A DNA stretch of 33,209 nucleotides from Promethearchaeota archaeon (lineage in GTDB: Archaea; Asgardarchaeota; Lokiarchaeia; Sigyniarchaeales; SOKP01), in the NCBI GenBank assembly GCA_019894975.1, contig JAGXNO010000039.1, forward strand, positions 1 to 33,209. Direction: 5' to 3'. Both the position numbers and the translations under genes were made by a program. Shown piece after piece: positions 8,190 through 17,278 of the stretch (position 1 is the first letter of the stretch; every line of letters begins with the position of its first letter). The notes under the pieces were generated by a model, which did not search any database, was not told the origin of the DNA, and saw nothing but the letters and a program-made list of their open reading frames with translations.

Positions 8190-8816
8190 ATGGATGTTGA
8201 AAAATTTAACATTGAGCTGAAAAATAAGGTTGCATTGGCTAAAAGCTACGAAAAGATAAATGAAATAGCTGTTGCTATAAAAATTTGGTTAGAAGTTTCC
8301 GAAATGACGCTGAAATTTTCAAAATCTCGTAATATAGATCCCTCATTCAAAAATATGCTAATTAACAGAACAAAAGGTATTTTTGCTCATGTAAAAGACT
8401 TAAAAGCAGGACAAATAAAATCATTGTCTGAAGAAGAAATATATATCCAAGAGGAATATATTCAAGAAGATCCTGACACTGAAATGGAAGAAACGAAATC
8501 AACCCAATCTGTAATTAATGACGATAACGAAATTGTGGAAGAATCTGATTTTAAAACTATACCAACAGGATTTAAAGAAATTCAACCAAAAGAGTTCAAA
8601 ATTATCACTCCTCACGATGATGATTACGTTAAAAAGCATATAAATCAAGTTCAAGACTCAGATGTATACAAACAACAAAATGCACCTCCACCCAAGGATG
8701 AAAGGTTTGATCTTGAAGATGAAGAGAGTAAAGGATTGATATGCTTTGCTTGCGGTTATGATAAAAACTCGAAGAATGCTAAAACTTGCAAGAGCTGTGG
8801 CACAGAATTAAAATAA
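8190..8816 (+). CDS. MIT-like three-helix domain, acidic linker and C-terminal zinc ribbon
   Basis: The first ~72 aa follow an MIT-like pattern (ALAKSYEK...AIKIWLEVSE...KNMLINRTKGIFAHVKDLK). C-terminus has CFACG...CKSCG. Confidence 0.65.
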   Translation: MDVEKFNIELKNKVALAKSYEKINEIAVAIKIWLEVSEMTLKFSKSRNIDPSFKNMLINRTKGIFAHVKDLKAGQIKSLSEEEIYIQEEYIQEDPDTEMEETKSTQSVINDDNEIVEESDFKTIPTGFKEIQPKEFKIITPHDDDYVKKHINQVQDSDVYKQQNAPPPKDERFDLEDEESKGLICFACGYDKNSKNAKTCKSCGTELK

Positions 8817-8976
8817 AATTTTCTAAGTTTATCTTTTCTTGATAATAATATCAAAATAAGCATTATTCATTGTTTCGGAAAGATGAATTTCTTCAACTCC
8901 ACATGAAACAGTGGTTTTTAATTCTCTTTCAATAATTCCCTCAGTAATTCCCGCAATTATATAAATATGGTTTAAT

Positions 8977-9537
8977 TTATATTTTTTTTTTCTCCTTTCT
9001 TTCTCGCTTGATTTTATTATATTTTTCAATTCCTCTTTCGCGCCAAACCGAATTCCATTTTTTGAAACCAGATTTTACAAATCTTTCTCTCCTAAAGAAG
9101 TCATAACAGACCCAATTAAATAATACAAAAAACCTCTTAGCTCCACTTTTAACCGTCAAATTCCTTGAACGTACGTTTAAATCCTCTCGTAGATGTTTAA
9201 TTAATCTACCTTCAACAGCATCCTGAAGTTGTCCCTCAACTATTGCATCTTCATAATTGATTCCTTCTTCGAGGAAATAATTCCTTACTTGGTCAAAAAT
9301 GTTTCCACGGCAGAGGTGAACAATATCAACATCCTTCTGGAATTTTAGCTCATTCAATCCTTCTTTAACAAGGTTTACAACCTCTTCGAAAGGTTTCTTG
9401 TTTTTCCAGTTTTCTCCTTTAAACAAGTCAACAGATAAAGTTTTAAAGATAAATTCCCCTGTTTGCTTTCTTAGAAATCCTATAAAAGCATCTCCTACAA
9501 GATCTCCTGTACCCGCATCATCGATTTCTATTGTCAT
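8977..9537 (-). CDS. RNase H-like fold protein (RNase HII-like N-terminal motif)
   Basis: IEIDDAGTGDLVG resembles the RNase HII motif GIDEAGRGxxxG; the rest is divergent. Confidence 0.55.
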   Translation of the reverse strand: MTIEIDDAGTGDLVGDAFIGFLRKQTGEFIFKTLSVDLFKGENWKNKKPFEEVVNLVKEGLNELKFQKDVDIVHLCRGNIFDQVRNYFLEEGINYEDAIVEGQLQDAVEGRLIKHLREDLNVRSRNLTVKSGAKRFFVLFNWVCYDFFRRERFVKSGFKKWNSVWRERGIEKYNKIKRERKEKKKI

Positions 9538-9643
9538 TGATTTTCAATAATATCCTATTATCTAAAGCTAATTCGATAAATTAATTAGTAAATATCAAGT
9601 TTTATAAAATTAAATTGTTAAGAAGAATATTAATGACCTAAAG

Positions 9644-10438
9644 ATGAATATAGAATTATTAATAATTGGGAATGAGATTTTAATTGGAAAAACTCTGGAT
9701 AGTAATTCCAATTGGATGGCTAAAAGGATTGCTCGATATGGTCATCACCTTAAAAGGATAACAACGATAAATGATGAACTGAATGTGATCTCTAGTGCCG
9801 TTCAAGAAATTTTAGAAAGGAATCCCGATATTATTATCACTTCTGGTGGACTTGGCCCCACATTTGATGACATGACTTTGGAAGGGATAGCTAGAGGTTT
9901 AAATAGATTACTAAACCTTAATCAGCATGCCTTAAACGCTATAAAGAAAGCGTACGATAATGCCCATGAAAGAGGAATTTTAAAACTTAAGGGAATGACA
10001 AAAGAAAGAAAAAAGATGGCGTATCTCCCAGAAGGTTCCACACCATTACCAAATACTGTGGGTACTGCTCCAGGAGTTAAAATTATAGAAAGGGAAACAA
10101 CTATTTTTATCCTTCCAGGAGTACCTACGGAGCTGAAATCAATGTTTAGAAATATTATTACCCCGATTTTAAAAGAAAAAAAAGGTAAATTCCTTGAAAA
10201 AGGATTTCTTTTCTCGGGCATTGGAGAAAGTCAAATTGCATCTTATACATCAGAATTGGCAAAAAAATATCCTCAACTTTGGATTAAGACGCACCCAAAA
10301 ATAGGTTTATCTGTTTTAGTTGAGGTCTCTATTACTGCTTTTAATGTAGAAAATGGGCAAGAAATGATTGATAAAGCCTTGGATGAATTAAGAGAAATAA
10401 TTATTACCCTTAAAGGTGAAATTAAAGAAAGAGAATAA
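9644..10438 (+). CDS. cinA: CinA-like molybdopterin-binding-domain protein (competence/damage-inducible protein A family)
   Basis: IIGNEILIGKTLDSNS, SGGLGPTFDDMT, NTVGTAPG, LPGVPTE, GIGES. Confidence 0.88.
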   Translation: MNIELLIIGNEILIGKTLDSNSNWMAKRIARYGHHLKRITTINDELNVISSAVQEILERNPDIIITSGGLGPTFDDMTLEGIARGLNRLLNLNQHALNAIKKAYDNAHERGILKLKGMTKERKKMAYLPEGSTPLPNTVGTAPGVKIIERETTIFILPGVPTELKSMFRNIITPILKEKKGKFLEKGFLFSGIGESQIASYTSELAKKYPQLWIKTHPKIGLSVLVEVSITAFNVENGQEMIDKALDELREIIITLKGEIKERE

Positions 10439-10452
10439 TTAAATATTTGAAG

Positions 10453-10523
10453 CCACCTCACAGGTGGAAATTTCAATAAGCACCCACAATCACGTGTTTC
10501 TGCTTATATCATCAACATCAATA
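10453..10523 (-). promoter_or_regulatory. Eukaryote-type (form 2) SECIS element of the downstream selD copy, with an accessory hairpin
   Basis: AUGA(10512-09), then AUAAGCA/UGCUUAU stem, AAA, CACG/UGUG mini-helix, and UGAA(10475-72). It starts 11 nt after the stop. Extra hairpin CCACCU/AGGUGG at 10453-67. Confidence 0.88.
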
Positions 10524-11549
10524 TTATTTTGAAATTTCTATTTTTTTAACGTTCTTTGAAATTCTCACGAGTTCTGGGGATACAGTATCAATCGTGCCTA
10601 CAATCCAATTTGGAATTCCTTTCTCTGAGAGAACTTCGGAAAATTCTTCTGTTTTCGATGAATCAGTAGCCATTAGCATACCTCCAGCAGTCTCAGCGCA
10701 TTCACATTCATCAAAAGCATATCCTAAATCCTTAGAAAGGCTTTCAGAGAGTTTAATGGAGGGTAATGTTTCAATAACGGCGGATAAATTAGAGTTTTGA
10801 AGCATTTCTAATAGGTGCCCTGCCAGACCAAACCCTGTAACATCAGTCATAGCATGGATAAATGAAAAGTCATCCAATGAATGAATAGTTTTAACAACAT
10901 TCTGATTTGAAGTCGTCATTAGCTTTACCGCAAGTTTTATTGATTTTCTAAGTTGCTTTTCGGAATATGTCTCAAGCATCTCTGGCATATCTTTCAGTAT
11001 CCTGTAGGAAGCCATCACGGGTTGTAGCCCTATAGGTTTGGTTAATAAGAGTTTGTCTCCGTTCTTGACTCCATGCTTATGAATAATAGCATTTTTGTTG
11101 ATAAATCCCGAGGCTTCACCACCGATTAAAGGCCATTCAGAGTAAATAGTATGACCCCCAACCACTTTTGAATCAATCTTTTTTTCCATAAAGAATTTGA
11201 TACCTTCCAGAATTCCTTCGGCAATTTTCATTGGAGTATTTTTATTAATTCCAAGGAAGACTAACATACCCGATATCTCAGGAACATTCATTGCGAATAT
11301 ATCGTTAGTCACATTACACGCAGCAATTTGTCCCATAATGTCTGGTTCATCCACAATTGGGGTAAAGATATCTAAACTCTTCACTTGAACAATATCAGAA
11401 TTTGGAACAGGAATAATAGCTGCATCTTCTATAGTTCCAGCAAGACCAGTTCTCTCAAGCAGTTCATTCAGTTCATTAGCGCCTAATTTACATGATCATC
11501 CGAAAATTTTTACTGCCAAAGTCAATCTATATTCTTGTTCTTTTTTCAT
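10524..11549 (-). CDS. selD: Selenophosphate synthetase, selenoprotein (Sec18 encoded by UGA at 11496-11498), 341 aa
   Basis: The true start is ATG 11549 after SD GAGGTG: MKKEQEYRLTLAVKIFG-U-SCKLG...EDAA...LDIFTP...NDIFAM...GGHT...LTKPIG...TDVTGFGLAGHL...ETAGG. Confidence 0.95.
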
Positions 11550-11690
11550 ACACCTCAACTTTTTATTTTTTTTTAAAATTAGGATAATTCTATAATATCT
11601 GAACTTCCTAAATAATTTTAAGATGTGATTTATCGAAAAAATTAATAGATTAAAGATAAAAATTATACTAAAAAAACAAGTGGTTGTAAT

Positions 11691-11762
11691 AGATGCCGTT
11701 TCGCAACGGTTTTCTCATAAAGCGGCCACAATAACGTGTTTCTGCTTATTTCATCGACATCT
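11691..11762 (-). promoter_or_regulatory. Eukaryote-type SECIS element of the upstream selD copy, with an accessory GNRA hairpin
   Basis: AUGA(11754-51)-AAUAAGCAG-AAA-CACG/UGUG-GCUUUA-UGAG(11717-14). Identical to the other SECIS at 33 of 36 nt. Closing helix AGAUG/CAUCU; hairpin CCGUU-GCGA-AACGG. Confidence 0.86.
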
Positions 11763-12794
11763 TTAAAATTTTGTTATTTCAATATGTTCAACATCCTTAG
11801 AGATTTGAACAAATTTAGCCTTGTGAATATTATCGATTGACCCTATTATCCAATTAGGAACTCCAAATTTTGATAGTCGTTCAGTAAATTCTTCAACCTG
11901 CTTTTGATCAACGGAAATTAGCATTCCACCCGCAGTTTCTGGCATTTCACATTCATCAAATTTGTAACCAAAGTCATAAGCCAATTCTTTGGTTAATTCA
12001 ATGATAGGTACTTTGTCAATAGTTGCTGAGAGCTTAGAATTTTGAAGCATCTCTTTTAAGTGTCCTGCTAAGCCGAATCCAGAGACGTCTGTCATTGAAT
12101 GAATGAATTTATTTTCAGGATAAGAATGTATTACCTCTACTATATCCTGAAGTGGTGTTGTCATTAGTTTTATTGCTATATCAATAGAAGCATCTATCTT
12201 CGATTTAGAGTAATTCTCTATAAGAGCGGGATTGTTTTTTTGTAAGCGATATGCTGCCATTATTGCTTGATTTCCCACCGGTTTGGTGAGTATTAGTTTA
12301 TCTCCCTTTTCAACGTAGTTCTTTTTGATAATCCTATTTTTATTTACAAATCCCGAAGCTTCTCCGCCAATCAACGGCCACTCAGAATATATGGTGTGAC
12401 CACCTAAGATTTTAGAGTTTATCTTGTTTTCCATGAAGTTTTTGATTCCACTCAGGATTCCTTCAGCAATGTACAATGGCATATTTTTTTTCATTCCTAA
12501 AAACACCAGCATACCAGAAATGTCTAATACATTCAGAGCAAACACGTCATTAGTAACATTTGCTGCAGCAATCTCACCCATAATTTCTGGTTCGTCTAAG
12601 ATGGGTGTGAAAATGTCAATGTTTTTTACCATGACAAGATCAGTATTAGGTACCGGAATTATTGCAGAATCCTCGATATCCCCTTTTAAACCTACATTAG
12701 ATAATATTTCGTCGAGTTTATCAGCCGATAATTTACAGTTTCAACCAAATAATTTTGTTTGGAGCGTTAATCTATAGCTCTCTATTTCTTGCAT
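11763..12794 (-). CDS. selD: Selenophosphate synthetase paralogue, selenoprotein (Sec18 encoded by UGA at 12741-12743), 343 aa
   Basis: ATG 12794 after SD GAGGTG: MQEIESYRLTLQTKLFG-U-NCKLS...EDSA...IDIFTP...NDVFAL...GGHT...TDVSGFGLAGHL...ETAGG. Confidence 0.95.
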
Positions 12795-13018
12795 CCTTCA
12801 CCTCAATTTTTATGTTCTTTTAATATCAGTATTTTAATGTAGAGTGATGAAATATATTAATCTTTTTCATATAATTTATTGAAAAAATAAATAATTCAAG
12901 TTAATTATTGAGACAATTTAAGTAAATTTCTTATAAAAAGTTATATGGAGTAAAGGTACGATATTCTAAAATTAAGAAATTATTTTGGATCGAGAAAAAG
13001 CTAACTTATTAGGTAAAT

Positions 13019-15943
13019 TTATGGAATAAATAAATCGATATGCTTAGTTGTTTTCTTTGTATTGTCGAATTGATCTTTATAGAATAAATCTAGTTTTATC
13101 TCATCTGCGGACGCATCAAAGAGGTTCTTCTTAAGCTCTTTTTGTTTATCTATTTTCAAGATATAATTAAACTTGAACGCATTTCCGGGTTTCAATTCAT
13201 TTAATTGGAGATATTTTGGAAAACTCTCCTTTTTCTGGATATCAACATAATTTGGAACTTTTAAAGAAATTTGAAGATCTTTAAAATCTAGATTTGTGGG
13301 ATTAGTAAGCTTAAGATTCAGATAAATTTCTCTCCCGATCGTTCTAATATTTTTGAAAAAGAGCAAATCTTTAGAATCTGTGATGGTTGAATCAATCTTT
13401 TCAAATGACAGTTCATCATTAACAATTTTAGCATTTAACTTATTCCTATTGATATAGTTTAAAGTAATTTCTTTGAGTTGTTCTGTATTTAGTTCTAGAA
13501 ATTTAGAAAGTAGATCTAACTTTATTGGGTTACTTATCCGAGAATAGTATTTTATTTGATTTAGGTAGAGTTTATCTTCTCCTTTTTGAACGAAATTTTT
13601 GAGTTCATTTATAAGAATATCTTTTGAGTTATTAATTTTGTTAATATAGGGCCTTACATATAGGTTAAAAGTATTATTATCTTCCAGTAATTTTTCTTTA
13701 CCAAGAATATTTTCAATCTGTTTATCTGTTTCTTCGATATAGTTCTGGATTTGTCGTGTATTCAATTCAATTAACTTTTTTCCATCAGTAAACTCATTGG
13801 TTTTAATTAGAAAATCTAGTTTTGAAAAGAGAGTTCCGAAATTGTCATTTAGTTTTTTAGTTCCTTCAATTCTCTCTGTAATAATAGATTGAATATGTCC
13901 TTGAAGGAGTTGGAATCTTAGCTCATTATCAATTCCATTTATTTCTTCATTATCAGAAAACTCTCCTGTAATTCTACTTTGTTGCATATAATCAACTAAA
14001 TCATCTTTTATCGTCTTAAATTGCCGATCGAGATCAATCAAATATTCTTGAATTTCAATTTTTAACGATACCCATTTTCTTAACAAATCTTTGAAGAAAT
14101 CATCAAACTCTACGTTATTAATTAATAATTCTCTTATATCGCCATCTAGTTTGAAAAGTTTTCTTCTTACTTGAGTAATGTAGGCAAAGGCTTCATTTTC
14201 TCCATTGCTAACATTCATTTCTAGTTCATTTTCTTTTATATAATCAAACTCAGCCTTCAGAATATCGATACGATTATCTAATAGTTTAATTTCTTCAAAC
14301 AAGCCAGAAATGAATTCTTGCTTTTTTTCTTCGCAGATTTCAGAGATAAATCCTTTTATAATGCTTAATTCTTCAATAATTTGAACCTTAGTGTCTTCCC
14401 ATTCTTCAATTAGTTCAAAAGCTAACCTTTTATAATCAAATTTATTAATTACATTATCAAATTTCCGAATTTTCTTTAAAATCTTACTGTATTTCCTGTT
14501 TAATTGGACTTCTGTATCATTAAATTTAAAATTCTCAATGTAGGAGTTTAATTTTTCTCTAAATTGAGCGGGTGTCTTTTGAAATTTTAAAATTTTTTTT
14601 TGAAACAAACCTAATTCGTAGTTAATTCTTTCTATTGCTATATCGATTTTATTAAAGTTTTTTTTAATGTTATCAAGGGTATAGAGAATTTCCTCTTTTA
14701 CTTCTGGATCTTTTTCAATTTGTAATGACTTGTCCAACTCAATCGTGATCCAAACAGCCATTTTCTGGTTTTTTAAAATAAAGCATATATGGTTCAGGAG
14801 ATTTATCGTCTGTTTTCTTTCTCTCCAATACTTAGACTCTAATTGATATAATATCCTAGTGATTTCGTTTTCAATTTCAATTTGATATTCTTCAAATAAA
14901 CGCTTAATAACTAGAGCAATTCCTTCTCTAATATTTTCAGAAGGATTCTCTAATTCTTCAAACAAATAAGAAAAAATTTCAGTTATGTTTTTTTGGCATA
15001 ATTGGTAAGTTGCATTAATTAATGAATTTCTATAATAGGAATCTACCGTTTCTGACATAGAATTCAATAAATTAGCCCATATCTGATCGAAATTATTTTC
15101 CGATATATTAACGAGAGCTTCAATTACTTTTGATTGAATTCGATAGTCATTTTCTTTTAAGAGATTTAATAATTTTGGTATAATTGATATAATTTCCGAA
15201 GACTTTTCCTTACCAATTTCCCCAAATAACCAAATTATTAATTCTTTAACCCTATCTTGTTCATTGTAAAGGAGATTAAGGAGAATATAAAATAATTTTT
15301 CTTTAGATAAGAAGTACGTTCCATGAATTTTTAACAATTCAGCAGCAGCCTTAGCAACATCATCGTCCTCGTCTCTAAGATTAACTATTACCATTGATAA
15401 CAATGGTTCTAAGTTTCTGATTTTGGTGAAATCTTGATTTAATATTTTTTGAATGATTTTAATTACATTAAGTTTTACTTTCCAGTCATTATCCATTAAT
15501 TTTTCTGTATATTCTTCAATAATTACTTGAATTTCTTCTAAATCGATATGAAGCGTTAAAATTAAGTTCCCAATAATTTTTACTGTTAATCTTCTCACAG
15601 TTGGGTCTTGATCGTATAAGCGTCCTCTTATTTTTTCTATTAAATCTATTAAAAGATTTGGTCTGGACATACTAATTTGATATAATATCTCCAAAGATAC
15701 TAATCTAATCCAAGAATCAGAATCATTAACAAAATTTTTTACTGTTTTTACTGTCCTTTCTGCTATTGAAGGAGATTTATCACAGATTAGGTTTAACAAA
15801 CTGAGGCATCTATAAATAAGTTCTTTATCATGATGATTGTGATATTCTTCAATAACTCTAAAAATTTCGTCGGCGGCTTGCTCATTATATCCATTTAGGA
15901 TTAATTTCTCAATTTTTTCAGTATCTAGAGTCAAGGATGTCAA
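13019..15943 (-). CDS. HEAT-repeat protein with coiled coil, PCI/winged-helix-like segment and C-terminal Ig-like domain
   Basis: HEAT repeats (LYDQDPTVRRLTVKIIGNL, LRDEDDDVAKAAAELL) in the first ~430 aa. PIKLDLLSKFLEL...INRNKLNAKIVNDEL is PCI-like. LKLTNPT..FKDLQISL...ELKPG is a beta-sandwich pattern. Confidence 0.75.
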   Translation of the reverse strand: MTSLTLDTEKIEKLILNGYNEQAADEIFRVIEEYHNHHDKELIYRCLSLLNLICDKSPSIAERTVKTVKNFVNDSDSWIRLVSLEILYQISMSRPNLLIDLIEKIRGRLYDQDPTVRRLTVKIIGNLILTLHIDLEEIQVIIEEYTEKLMDNDWKVKLNVIKIIQKILNQDFTKIRNLEPLLSMVIVNLRDEDDDVAKAAAELLKIHGTYFLSKEKLFYILLNLLYNEQDRVKELIIWLFGEIGKEKSSEIISIIPKLLNLLKENDYRIQSKVIEALVNISENNFDQIWANLLNSMSETVDSYYRNSLINATYQLCQKNITEIFSYLFEELENPSENIREGIALVIKRLFEEYQIEIENEITRILYQLESKYWRERKQTINLLNHICFILKNQKMAVWITIELDKSLQIEKDPEVKEEILYTLDNIKKNFNKIDIAIERINYELGLFQKKILKFQKTPAQFREKLNSYIENFKFNDTEVQLNRKYSKILKKIRKFDNVINKFDYKRLAFELIEEWEDTKVQIIEELSIIKGFISEICEEKKQEFISGLFEEIKLLDNRIDILKAEFDYIKENELEMNVSNGENEAFAYITQVRRKLFKLDGDIRELLINNVEFDDFFKDLLRKWVSLKIEIQEYLIDLDRQFKTIKDDLVDYMQQSRITGEFSDNEEINGIDNELRFQLLQGHIQSIITERIEGTKKLNDNFGTLFSKLDFLIKTNEFTDGKKLIELNTRQIQNYIEETDKQIENILGKEKLLEDNNTFNLYVRPYINKINNSKDILINELKNFVQKGEDKLYLNQIKYYSRISNPIKLDLLSKFLELNTEQLKEITLNYINRNKLNAKIVNDELSFEKIDSTITDSKDLLFFKNIRTIGREIYLNLKLTNPTNLDFKDLQISLKVPNYVDIQKKESFPKYLQLNELKPGNAFKFNYILKIDKQKELKKNLFDASADEIKLDLFYKDQFDNTKKTTKHIDLFIP

Positions 15944-16100
15944 AGTGGGTTTTTAAAATATATTTTACAAAATTTTATCTCAAAAACTTCTATTAAAAAT
16001 ATCTTGCATCTAGTATAAATATCTTTCAAACCCTCAAAAAAAAGTAATTATTTGAAAAAATTAATAATAAAAATTGAGAGTAATAATTTAGTTCGTTTAA

Positions 16101-16649
16101 TTATTCATAAAGTGCGATAATAGCACTTCCAGGTGTAGCAATTCTTTCTCGATAGGTTAAGGTTCCTTCCTTAACCTCTTTTGTTTTTACGAATCCACGT
16201 TCAATGTCTTTTTCAGAGACATATCCTCTTTCGCCAGCTTCAAATTGTTTTACTATCGTTCCATTCTTATCTTTTATATCAACATTTGTAAAACTGGTTT
16301 GCTTTACATTAAAGAATGCTCTTTTTCCCTCAATTTTATTTACTGTAGCTTCTGTAATCAAAAGGTCATGAACCCTCACCATCCCTCTCATCTCTACCTC
16401 AAATTCAATTATCTTACCATACTTCCCATGTTCAAGAAAATCTTCAAAAAGCTTAGAAATAAAACCAAATGAGAATAATCCATGCGCAATAACTCCTTTT
16501 AGTCCTGCTGCTTCCGCTACGGCATCGTTTACATGTATGGGATTAGTATCTCCTGAAGCCTTGGCATAATGCTTTAGTAAATCTCTTGTGATATTATCAA
16601 ATTCGTTCTTGAGAACTTGTCCGACCTTTAAATCTGCTATTTTAACCAT
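16101..16649 (-). CDS. MaoC-family (R)-specific enoyl-CoA hydratase/dehydratase, catalytic subunit
   Basis: Hydratase-2 motif YAKASGDTNPIHVN...GVIAHG. Confidence 0.88.
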   Translation of the reverse strand: MVKIADLKVGQVLKNEFDNITRDLLKHYAKASGDTNPIHVNDAVAEAAGLKGVIAHGLFSFGFISKLFEDFLEHGKYGKIIEFEVEMRGMVRVHDLLITEATVNKIEGKRAFFNVKQTSFTNVDIKDKNGTIVKQFEAGERGYVSEKDIERGFVKTKEVKEGTLTYRERIATPGSAIIALYE

Positions 16650-16652
16650 TTT

Positions 16653-17171
16653 TTAATAGCCTCCTTTTCTTATCCCCGCTGTTACCACTACATTACAGAC
16701 AAGTTCATTATTTTGATTTTTAATTGTAGTTATTAATTCTGCAAATAACATCATATTTGCTTCTACTAACCACAATTTTCCCCATTTTGCAGTGACTGTT
16801 AACTTGTCGCCAGGTTTTACATCAACACAACCCTCCCAGTTATATATATTTCCTGTGTGAAGAAATAGTCTAGGATTTTTCACAAGCATACGTTCTTCTC
16901 CATCTTTAACTATTTTTGCTCCTGGAACTAATGAATAAAGACCTTTTATAGTATACGCGTTAGCATATGCATGACAAGCAATTATTCCTTCTTCTTCAGG
17001 TCCAATATATTTTGGATCGGTTATACCGAAACATTTAGCAAAGTTTACTAAATTTTTATATCGCACATTGATTCTGACACTACCGGGTACTTCTTTTCCG
17101 GGAAGAGTCTCAATTAAGAACTTAGCATTGTTTTTCATTTCCTCTATACTTGACATCTTGATTTCACTCAT
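16653..17171 (-). CDS. MaoC-like hot-dog fold partner subunit (FAS1-type dehydratase N-terminal family)
   Basis: NFAKCFGITDPKY, LHTGNIY, VKPGDKLTV, NQNNELVC; adjacent to the MaoC gene. Confidence 0.75.
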   Translation of the reverse strand: MSEIKMSSIEEMKNNAKFLIETLPGKEVPGSVRINVRYKNLVNFAKCFGITDPKYIGPEEEGIIACHAYANAYTIKGLYSLVPGAKIVKDGEERMLVKNPRLFLHTGNIYNWEGCVDVKPGDKLTVTAKWGKLWLVEANMMLFAELITTIKNQNNELVCNVVVTAGIRKGGY

Positions 17172-17278
17172 TTTTATTAGGTATTAATATATTTTAGAAT
17201 CGCCTTCATTAAAACTTTAATTACTTAAAACTAATTTGCACTTCTTGATATAGCTTTTAAGAAAATTAAGTAAAAGTA

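Noticed and set aside
11496-12743. Genome-wide UGA=Trp recoding
   Set aside because: Trp is encoded by TGG throughout, the tRNA-Trp anticodon is CCA, and UGA serves as a stop (e.g. at 31035).
10524-12794. selD copies as pseudogenes or N-terminally truncated ORFs
   Set aside because: The UGA falls exactly at the catalytic Cys/Sec position in both copies, and each has a SECIS and an SD-preceded ATG.
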